Shown here piece by piece: positions 50,690 through 60,577 of a stretch of DNA of 64,000 bases. Within the stretch, counting starts at the first letter, position 1. Every line of letters begins with the position of its first letter. The notes below the pieces were generated by a model. It worked only from the letters and a program-made list of their open reading frames with translations, was not told the DNA's origin and made no database searches. Origin of the DNA: Heterodontus francisci (lineage: Eukaryota); the NCBI RefSeq assembly GCF_036365525.1, contig NC_090391.1:61152591-61216590 (forward strand), read 5' to 3'. The position numbers and the translations under genes were made by a program.

Positions 50690-51030
50690 TGCAGAGTACA
50701 TGGAGCTTTATTCTGCATCAAACCCTGTGCTGTACAGTCCCTGAGAATGATTGACAGGCAGCGTGCAGAGGGAATTTTCTTTTGTGCAAACCGTGGTGAA
50801 CCTGCCAGCGAAGTTTTGATTGGGGTAGTTGAGAGGTAGCTTTACACTGTGTCTAACATCGTCCTGCACCTGCACTTGCAGTGTTTGATGGAACAGTGTG
50901 TTGGAAGTTTTGCCGTATCTGCCGCATGGCTGCAACTGCTCTGGGTGTGTTGAATGAGGTCAGTGCAGAGGCAGGCTGACTCTATAGTTTTCCAGTGCTG
51001 TATTTGCCCTGGGAACTATTTAAACTAACG
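50690..51030 (+). repeat. ~67-bp minisatellite, about 5 decayed units
   Basis: GGAGCTTT-like cores at about 50702, 50770, 50836, 50903 and 50971. Confidence 0.7.
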
Positions 51031-51489
51031 TGTGTGCTATCCCACATTCCTTACAATCCTGAGAATTGACACTGGTTGAGTTGGTCATTCCTGCTTTAAC
51101 AGAAAAGTTTCTGCTCACCCTGGGGCGTTTTTGCCTTTGACTTGAGTGCTGGGTCCATGGCCAGTTCCTTCATGGGTTGGTTCTTATTGGTGGGATTGAA
51201 CTACGTGCGGCATCAAAGCCAGTCCCCATCAACAGCCTCCTTCAACAGGCCTGAGATAACGATTGCATCCTTCTCTCCGGACATTGCCTGCAGCTGAATC
51301 AGATTGTTCGCAACTTTATCGCCCCATTTGACCCGGAAATGAATTACCGACATCATATCCGCCCCACCACTAAAACTGCCTATTTCATGCTCCATAAAAT
51401 AATCTGCCTCCATCCCTGTATGAGCTCAAATTGTGCAGAAAGCCCCACAGATCACTGAATCTATAGGACATTGAAGGCTGGGGCATCAC

Positions 51490-51985
51490 AAAGAACAAAG
51501 TACCGTACAGCACAGGAACAGGCCATTCGGCCCTCCAAGCCTGCGCCGATCTTGATGCCTGCCGAAACTAACACCTTCTGCACTTCCGGGTCCCATATCC
51601 CTCTATTCCCTTCCTATTCATATATTTGTCAAGATGTCTCTTAAACGTCGCTATCGTATCTGTTTCCACCACCTCCCCTGGCAGCAAGTTCCAGGCACTC
51701 ACCACCCTCTGTGTAAAAAACTTGCCGCGCACATCCCCATCTAAACTTTGCCCCTCGCACCTTAAACCTATCTCCCCTTGTAACTGACTCTTCCACCCTG
51801 GGATAAAGCTTCTGACTATCCACTCTGTCCATGCCGCTCATAACTTTGTAAACCGCTATCTTTTCGCCCCTCCACCTCCATCGTTCCAGTGAAAACAATC
51901 CGAGTTTTTCCAACCTCTCCTCATAGCTAATGCCCTCCAGACCAGGCAACATCCTGGTAAACCTCCTCTGTACCCTCTGCAAAAA
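51490..51985 (-). mobile_element. CR1 3' fragment
   Basis: ORF 51641-51994 QRRFTRMLPG..YEERLEKLGLFSLE. Confidence 0.88.
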
Positions 51986-54900
51986 AGACATCACCGATAG
52001 TAATGTTGTTGAATGTCAAGGGAAGATGGCTGGATGCTAAATTGATTGACCTGAAGTTATAGGGTTTATCCCCTCTCTCCTTTTCTTTGAACTTCGGGTC
52101 AAAGTGGTAACCTTCAGACTTTTTGCAGCACTCACATATCAAAGCAGAACTGGAAGAGTTTAATCAATGTCTCTGCTATTTTCACCTTGCCATCGATCAG
52201 CAGCCATCATACATCTCATACAGTCTGTTAAATGTTTTAATTTATTCTGCGACAAAATAAGGTGCATTTAATCATTGGAAAGAATTAAGCCAATATCTTT
52301 GGATCCAGGTACAAAATCCATTCTTTATCCAAAAACTCTATTCTCTTCTCAGCCAAATATGTGAGGCGAAAGCACATGGATCCGTTTGACACTGAGCTGC
52401 CTCTGATCCCAGATAATTTCCATTATCACACTATCACACTGCAGCTCAGCCCATCTGCTGCATAAACCTTCATGCCTTTATTGAATCTGGAAAATTTCGA
52501 CCTTAATGCTACCTGGAGTCAACCTCCAAGTCAGAAAGCTCAATAGATTACAAATCATCCAAAGCTCTGCTGTCAGAGAACATAGAACATGGAACATAGA
52601 ACATTACAGCGCAGTACAGGCCCTTCAGCCCTCGATGTTGCGCCGACCTGTGAAACCATCTGACCTACACTATTCCATTTTCATCCATATGTCTATACAA
52701 TGACCACTCAAATGCCCTTAAAGTTGGCGAGTTTACTACTGTTGCAGGCAGGGCGTTCCACGCCCCTACTACTCTCTGTGCAAAGAAACTACCTCTGACA
52801 TCTGTCCTATATCTATCACCCCTCAACTTAAAGCTATGTCCCCTCGTGTTTGCCATCACCAGCCGAGGAAAAAGGCTCTCACTATCCACCCTGTCCAACC
52901 CTCTGATTATCTTAGAAGTATCTATTAAGTCACCTCTTCTCCTCCTTCTCTCCAACGAAAACAACCTCACGTCCCTCAGCCTTTCCTCGTCAGACCTTCC
53001 CTCCATACCAGGCAACATCCCAGTAAATCTCCTCTACACCTTTTCCAAAGCTTCCACATCCTTCCGATAATGCGGTGACCAGAACTGCACGCAATACTCC
53101 AGGTGCGGCCGCACCAGAGTTCTGTACAGCTGCAGCATGACCTCGTGGCTCCGAACCTCGATGCCCCTACTAATAAAAGCTAACACACCATATGTCTTCT
53201 TAACAGCTCTATTAACCTGGGTGGCAACTTTCAGGGATTTATGTACCTGGACACCAAGATCTCTCTGCTCATCTACACTGCCAAGAATCCTCCCATTAGC
53301 CCAGTACTCTGCATTCCTGTTACTCCTTCCAAAGTGAATCACCTCACACTTTTCCGCATTAAACTCCATTTGCCATCTCTCAGCCCAGCTCTGCAGCCTA
53401 TCTATGTCCCTCTGTACCCTACAACATCCTTCGGCACTATCCACAACTCCACCGACCTTCGTGTCATCTGCAAATTTACTAACCCACCCTTCTACACACT
53501 CATCCAGGTCATTTATAAAAATGACAAACAGCAGTGGCCCCAAAACAGATCCTTGCGGTGCACCACTAGAAACTGTACTCCAGGATGAACATTTACCATC
53601 AACCACCACCCTCTGTCTTCTTTCAGCTAGCCAATTTCTGATCCAAAGCACTAATTCACCTTCAATCCCATACTTCTGTATTTTCTGCAATAGCCTACCG
53701 TGGGGAACTTTATCAAACGCCTTACTGAAATCCATATAGACCACATCCACGGCTTTACCCTCATCCACCTGTTTGGTCACCTTGTCAAAAAACACAATAA
53801 GGTTTGTGAGGCACGACCTACCCTTCACAAAACCGTGCTGACTATCTCTAATGAACTTATTCTTTTCAAGATGATTATAAATCCTCTCTCTTATAACCTT
53901 TTCCAACATTTTACCCACAGCCGAAGTAAGGCTCACAGTTCTATAATTACCAGGGCTGTCTCTACTCCCCTTCTTGAACAAGGGGACAACATTTGCTATC
54001 CTCCAGTCTTCCGGCACTATTCCTGTCGACAATGACGACATAAAAATCAAGGACAAAGGCTCTGCAATCTCCTCCCTGGCTTCCCAGAGAATCCGAGGAT
54101 AAATCCCATCTGGCCCAGGGGACTTATCTATTTTCACACTTTTCAAAATTGCTAACACCCCCTCCTTTTGAACCTCAATCCCATCTAGCATAGTTGTCTG
54201 TATCCCAGTATTCTCCTCGACAACATTTTCTTTCTCCACTGTAAATACTGACGAAAAATATTCATTTAACACTTCCCCTATCTCCTCCGATTCCACACAC
54301 AACTTCCCACTACTATCCTTGATTGGCCCGAACCAGTCTCTGGCCATTCTTTTATTCCTGATATACCTATAGAAAGCCTTAGGGTTTTCTTTGATCATAT
54401 CCGCCAATGATTTCTCGTGTCCTCTCCTTGCTCTTCTTATCTCTCCCTTTAGATCCTTCCTGGCTAGCTTGTAACTCTCAAGCGCCCTAACTGAGCCTTC
54501 ACGTCTCATCCTAACATAAGCCTTCTTCTTCCTCTTGACAAGCTCTTCAACTTCTTTAGTAAACCACGGCTCCCTCGCTCGACAACTTCCTACCTGCCTG
54601 ACAGGTACATACTTATCAAGGACACGCAGTAGCTGCTCCTTGAATAAGCTCCACATTTCGATTGTGCCCATCCCCTGCAGTTTCCTTCCCCATCCTACGC
54701 ATCATAAATCTTGCCGAATCGCATCATAATTTCCTTTCCCCCAACTATAATTCTTGCCCTGCTGTATCTGCCTGTCCCTGCCCATCGCTGAGGTAAACCT
54801 AACCGAATTGTGATCACTATCACCAAAGTGCTCACCAACCTCTAAATCTAACACCTGGCCGGGTTCATTACCCAGTACCAAATCCAATGTGGCATCGCCC

Positions 54901-55552
54901 CTGGTTGGCCTGTCTACATACTGTGTCAGAAAACCCTCCTGCACACACTGGACAAAAACAGACCCATCTAAAGTACTCAAACTATAGTATTTCCAGTCAA
55001 TATTTGGAAAGTTAAAGTCCCCCATAACCACTACCCTGTTACTCTCGCTCCTGTCAAGAATCATCTTTGCTATCCTTTCCTCTACATCTCTGGAACTATT
55101 TGGAGGTCTATCGAAAACTCCCAACAGGGTGACCTCTCCTCTCCTGTTTCTAACCTCGGCCCAGACTACCTCAGTAGACGAGTCCTCAAACGTCCTTTCT
55201 GCCGCTGTAATACTTTCCTTGATTAACAATGCCACCCCCACCCCCTCTTTTACCCTCTTCTCTGTTCTTCGTGAAACATCTAAATCCCGGAACCCACAAC
55301 ATCCATTCCTGTCCCTGCTCTACCCATGTCTCTGAAATGGCCACAACATCGCGATCCCAGGTACCAACCCATGCTGCAAGCTCACCCACCTTATTCCGGA
55401 TGCTCCTGGTGTTGAAGTAGACGCATTTTAAACCAAGCTCTTGCTTGCCAGTGCCCTCCTGCGTCCTTGTAACCTTATCCCTGACTTCACTACTCTCAAC
55501 ATCCTGTACACTGGAACTACAATTTAGGTTCCCATCCCCCTGCTGAATTAGT

Positions 55553-56491
55553 TTAAACCCCCCCGAAGAGCACGAACAAATCTCCCCCCCCCAGGATATT
55601 GGTATCCCTCTGGTTCAGGTGAAGACCATCCTGTTTGTAGAGGTCCCACCTACCCCAGAAAGAGCCCCAATTATCCAGGAAACCAAAACCCTCCCTCCCA
55701 CACCATCCCTGCAGCCACGTGTTCAACTCCTCTCTCTCCCTATTCCTCACTTCGCTAGCACGTGGCACGGGCAACAACCCAGAGAGAACAACTCTGTTTG
55801 TTCTTGCTCTAAGCTTCCACCCTAGCTCCCTGAATTTCTGCCTTAAATCCCCATCTGTCTTCCTACCTATGTCGTTGGTGCCTATCTGTACCACGACTTG
55901 GGGCTGCTCCCCCTCCCCCTTGAGGATCCCAAAAACACGATCCGAGACATCACGTACCCTGGCACCTGGAAGGCCACACACCAACCGTGAGTCTCTCTCG
56001 TTCCCACAAAACCTCCTATCAGTTCCCCTAACTATGGAGTCCCCAATGACAAATGCTCTGCTCCTATTTCCCCTTCCCTTCTGAGCAACAGGGACAGACT
56101 CTGCGCCAGAGACCTGTACCCCATTGCCTACCCCTGGTAAGTCGTCTCCCCCAACAGTATCCAAAACGGTATACCTGTTGTTGAGGGAAACGGCCACAGG
56201 GGATCCCTGCACTGCCTGCTGGTTCCCTCTCCTTCCCCTGACGGTAACCCATCTACCTTCTTCTTTTACCTGAGGTGTGAATGCCTCCCGATAACTCCTC
56301 TTAATAATCCCCTCCGCCTCCCGAATGATCCGATGTTCCTCCAGCTCCAGCTCCAGTTCCCTAACGCGGTCCTCGAGGAGCTGGAGCTGGGTGCACCACC
56401 CGCAGATGCAGTCAGCAGGGACACCCTTGGCGACCCTTACCTCCCACATTCTGCAGGAGGAACATTCAACTGCCTTAACCTCCGTTCCCAC
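55553..56491 (-). CDS. CR1 ORF1p: Cys-rich zinc-binding N-terminus, coiled coil, SGNH/GDSL esterase domain
   Basis: CSSC..W, C..C, LEDRVRELELELEE, VIGDSIVR, IGTNDIG, DGLHL; probable frameshift in the terminal G-run. Confidence 0.85.
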   Translation of the reverse strand: MGTEVKAVECSSCRMWEVRVAKGVPADCICGWCTQLQLLEDRVRELELELEEHRIIREAEGIIKRSYREAFTPQVKEEGRWVTVRGRRGNQQAVQGSPVAVSLNNRYTVLDTVGGDDLPGVGNGVQVSGAESVPVAQKGRGNRSRAFVIGDSIVRGTDRRFCGNERDSRLVCGLPGARVRDVSDRVFGILKGEGEQPQVVVQIGTNDIGRKTDGDLRQKFRELGWKLRARTNRVVLSGLLPVPRASEVRNREREELNTWLQGWCGREGFGFLDNWGSFWGRWDLYKQDGLHLNQRDTNILGGGDLFVLFGGV

Positions 56492-56656
56492 TATTCTAAA
56501 TTCCCAAGTTTTTAACCAATCACACGATAAAACAAGAAGAGAACTAGAAAAAGCCTTACCTTACCTACACACAACCGAGTCCTTTTTTTTGTTAAGAGGA
56601 GGAGGGTGGGTGGGAGACACTACAAGAGTAGTGTCTCGGGTTCAGAAACATCAGAA

Positions 56657-56999
56657 ACAGCCCAAATATATAGGTTTCTACTTACCCTGCAGTCCCTGCT
56701 CCACCGAAACTCCAGATGAAATTGACTTCCCAGCTGTTCACTCCTCGCTCGCAATGCCTGTGCTCCTGGAAAAGCTGCACAACGAAAAGTTAAGAGAATT
56801 TACACAGCCCAAATATATAGGTTTCTACTTACCCAGCAGTCCCTGCTCCACCGAAACTCCCGATGAAATTGACTTCCCAGCTGTTCACTCCTCGCTCGCA
56901 ATGCCTGTGCTCCTGGAAAAGCTGCACAACGAAAAGGTAAGAGCATTTACACAGCCCAAATATGTAGGTTTCTACTTACCCAGCAGTCCCTGCTCCACC
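56657..56999 (-). repeat. 147-bp tandem monomers (2.3 copies) in the CR1 5' UTR
   Basis: ACAGCCCAAATAT starts at 56657, 56804 and 56951; the units are nearly identical. Confidence 0.95.
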
Positions 57000-57350
57000 T
57001 GTGGAGTCCGTGCCCAAAATCAGACAGAACCCCTTTCACCCATCACATGCATAATCACTGACCTACTTGGGTTCCCGATCTGGCAGGAATTCAAGTTTAA
57101 CATTCTCACTCATTTTCAAAGTCCTCCATGGCATCATCGTCAATTACTCCCAATCCCTTGCCCATTACCCATGTGCCTGTAACTTCTTACGCTTTAAGTA
57201 TTCACACTCCCTCTTGAAAGTGAATTTATTTCCCTCTGTTTCTCTCTCTGTGTGCGTCCTGACTCCATAGAGACGCTGGTGCCGGCGCGAAGACGCCAAG
57301 AAGCCACAGGATGGTGCGTTACAAGCTACTGGACTCTACCAACGCGCGCC

Positions 57351-57417
57351 ATGTTGTGTTCTGTGCTGGGAAGGGCGGTTCAGCAGCTTTCATGCTCTTC
57401 CTTGAAAAGAGTACGGT
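57351..57417 (+). CDS. Candidate first coding exon of an unidentified gene (MLCSVLGRAVQQLSCSSLKRVR)
   Basis: CpG-rich context 57250-57420, GCGCGCC-ATG Kozak context, GTAAGT donor at 57418. No downstream exon was identified. Confidence 0.35.
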
Positions 57418-57679
57418 GTAAGTGTGTATTGTATTCAGTCATTTGCCACCTTTGTGTTTGAGCAGGAAACAGGCCGAGAATCAGTTAATGTCCTTGTCAT
57501 TTTCTGACTCTGAATTGTGTATGAGTGTGGCTTTGTTTGTTGTCAGATACTATCCCTGTCATATTGTGACGCTGCAATGTACGTGAATATGTGGTTAATT
57601 GAATATCTGCCCGTTTCTGTGCGTCAAGTAGAAAACAGGTCCAGCGTCAGCAACTGGCCATTTCACTACCTTACTAGAT

Positions 57680-58400
57680 GACGTGTAAAATTGTGGGATT
57701 AACTCAGTGTAAATTGGTGTCCCCATCACTGTTTGACTCTGGACTGTGTCTGAGTGTGGGATTTATCCAGTGTCAGTTACTGTCTCTTCCACTATATATT
57801 TTTGCACTGTTTGTGAAGTTGGGTTTATTCATTTATGTTACTGTCCCTGACACTGTCCCAGACCATACAGTGTGTGAGTGTGGGATTTATTCAGCGTCAG
57901 TTACAGTCGTTGTTTCTGTCTTGCTCAGTGTGTGAATGTGGGACATCGGCAGTTCCAGTGATTGTTCCAGTCACTGTCTGACTCTGGACTGTGTGTGAGT
58001 GTATTACTTACTCAGTGTCAGTTACTGTCCCTCTCACCTTTTGCCACTGTCGTGTGTGTGAGTGCGGAGTTTGTTAGATAACTAGGTGACTTTAGACCCT
58101 GAATATGAAAACATAACTGGTGTCAGTTTCTCTTCCTGTCAGTTCCTGACGCTATTGTTTTGGAGTCCAGCATTTATTTAGTGACATTTACTGTTCCTGT
58201 TGCTGTCTGACTCTTTACTGCATTTGTAGGATTTATTCAGTATTTGCTACTGTACCTGTCATTGGCGCACACTACCCGGGGCATGGAGAAGGGATTCCTT
58301 CACATTCTCTTTCTTTTGTGTAGCTGACTAGCCCATTGCCATTTACAGTCGCTGCCATTGTCCAGCACTGTACTGTATTTGAATGCCGGATTAATTTCTT
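57680..58400. repeat. Degenerate ~62-bp minisatellite
   Basis: GTGTGAGTGTGGGATTTATTCAGTGTCAGTTACTGTC-like units at about 57694, 57757, 57820, 57881, 57939, 58001 and 58063. Confidence 0.8.
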
Positions 58401-59660
58401 GCCAGTACCATCCCTGCCACAGTCTGATTCCCTACTGTGTTAGAGTGTGACGTGCTTTCAGTTTCACTACTATTCATGACTGTCTGATGGTGGACTATGT
58501 GCTCTGGAACAAGGCATGGATAGCGCAAAGTCCACGCTGAGCATACATTTATAATAGCCGCTTTCCTTTTTTTGCTCATCCTGACAACACCATGATGCTG
58601 GAAGCATGTTTGCCTTGAAACTATGTCTGATCCAACTCTTGTGTTTAATGATCCGGTGAACAGTAACTTTTGTCCTAGTAGCAGATGCTTCAGAATATTA
58701 TCTGGAGTGTCGTAAAAGTGATCATTTACTTCTACATTTGCGAACAATGTTGGTGCATAAGTTCAAATGATGGTGACCAAACCTCTATCTGATTGTAGAA
58801 CAAGATATATGAGGCATTCAGCAGTTATGGCAGGCATTTCAATTATTTGCATCAATCTGGTGTTGATAGCATGTGTATGGCGTCATCTGCAACTGTCCCA
58901 CGCCAGAAGCCAGCAGAATTTTCTTCATATTGTATCCAGCATCGCTCAATCTACTCTCTTAGAGCAGCAAGCAGTACTGTCGAAGCTGAACTTCTGCAAA
59001 ACACAGCTCATCAATAACTTCTGTTTCTAATAACTTCTAACATTGTCTGTTGACTGTAACTCTTCATACATGGCAGGACATATGGTCATGACTTTTCAGC
59101 TTCCAAGCCGGAGAATCTTCACCTTTTGTTTCATGGGCGGTCATTTACCGTCGTTGTCAGAATAGGATCCCTTAACCTCGCGCACACAACACAGAAGCAC
59201 ATTAGTTGGGGGCTGCTCAGCTTTAACAGGCTGTGAGTGCACAACAAAATGACTCGATCATTCAGACATTCGGAGACAACATGTGGTGACCTCCACTTAT
59301 GCCAACGGAGTTTGCCTTGTCACCTGAAAACTGCTACCTGCTCTGTTGGTCCCCCTGCTGGTAAAAGTAAAGATAACATACCCTCTCCATGTCCTCTCCA
59401 TTTTATTTCAGCTCCATTTCCTGGGCAGGATTTGGATGCATGGACTTTCCATTCCTCTCCATGTTCTTCCAGACATTATAGACTGAATTCAGAGAAAAAG
59501 GAGGAACCCCCTATCCGAGCCCACTCAGTTGCAGGACTTGAAGGAAGATACATGGTTAAAGCGAGTACAGCCGTCAATCGAACTCCACTGCGGTGCCTTT
59601 GAAACTCCCGTGCCACATCTGCAGGGCAATGGGCACGCTTTTGCACGTAGCTGGGGCCTC
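58400..59660 (-). mobile_element. Degraded RTE 5' UTR and endonuclease
   Basis: ORF 58391-58747 FYD......LLFTGSLNTRVG (decayed GDFNARVG); homologous to 12100-13110. Confidence 0.65.
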
Positions 59661-60490
59661 TCTCAGGGCAGGTCCACTGCACTCTGTGGTGTGACTCATC
59701 TCCTTAAACTTGGAGGTTCAGTAATTAAATTCCAAATGCTTGAGCATCTATCAGGAGTGTTCGACTGCACTCTGTGATTTGTCTGTCCTCCTTAATTGTG
59801 TACAATCAGTAATAAGTTGAAATATTCCAGGTATGATAGCGATGGTTAAGAGGCATCTTGACAAATACATGAATAGGATGGGAATAGTGGGATACGGACC
59901 CCGGAAGTGCAGAAGGTTTTAGTTCAAAAAGGAATCACGATTGGCGCAGGCTTGGAGGGCCAAATGGCCTGTTCCTGTGCTGTACTGTTCTTTATTTGTT
60001 CTCTTTGTTCTTTGACTAGTGAAAGTCGTCTCTATATAACTTTGGGAATTTTCTGTCTTCTTTAACTGTCGCCATTCATCAATTAGACTGTAAATGTTAG
60101 ACTGTCTCTCTCAGGGCTGATCTGCTGCACTCTGTTATGTGTCTGTCCACTTTGCCAGTCCATTCAGTAATTAAATTACAAATGCTGGAGCGCCTCTGCC
60201 GGGGCTGCGTTCAGCACGATTGGATGTGTGTTCCCTCTTTAACCATCTCCATTCAGGAATTACCCTCCATTAGTCGGACTGCCAACTCTGTGCTCCTCTA
60301 CATCAACTGTTGTGATCCATTTGCAAATCAATCATTCAGTAAGTAAATTCCAAATGTATGGCTATATTCTCCACTCTTTGGAGGTGGCTCTCCACTTTAA
60401 CTTTGCTCATTCAGCAATTTGTATTGCAAATTTGAGAGGATCTCTCTCATGGCTACTCCACTGCGAGCTGGGATGCTTCATTCTTCCTTA
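59660..60490. repeat. Degenerate ~88-bp tandem repeat interrupted by a CR1 tail (59843-60014)
   Basis: CATTCAGTAATTAAATTCCAAATG-like core at about 59716, 59806, 60073, 60161, 60250, 60333 and 60408. Confidence 0.7.
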
Positions 60491-60577
60491 ACCGTGGAAA
60501 TGGTACAGTCAATTCCTTACTCGTTAATTTTAAGACAAATCCTGACGTGAATTTACCATACGAGGCTTCTAAGAAAT

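Larger units (their letters stand above)
52575..57006 (-). mobile_element. Apparently full-length CR1 (5' monomers, ORF1, ORF2, tail) inserted in an old L2
   Basis: ORF1 55553-56491; ORF2 in pieces at 55186-55389, 54702-55241, 53034-54671 and 52665-53018. The L2 flanks rejoin across the element. Confidence 0.93.

Noticed and set aside
56657-56999. 147-bp unit as a nucleosome-positioning design
   Set aside because: The match to nucleosome core length is probably coincidental. There is no linker and no evident 10-bp periodicity.
56325-57182. 285-aa ORF with 49-aa repeats as a novel repeat protein
   Set aside because: It is antisense to the CR1 ORF1 and 5' UTR and runs into L2 sequence. The repeats merely reflect the 147-bp monomers, whose length is divisible by 3.
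57680-60490. Regularly spaced motifs as CRISPR-like arrays
   Set aside because: The intervening sequences are homologous to each other (decayed tandem repeats), the context is vertebrate, and there are no cas genes.
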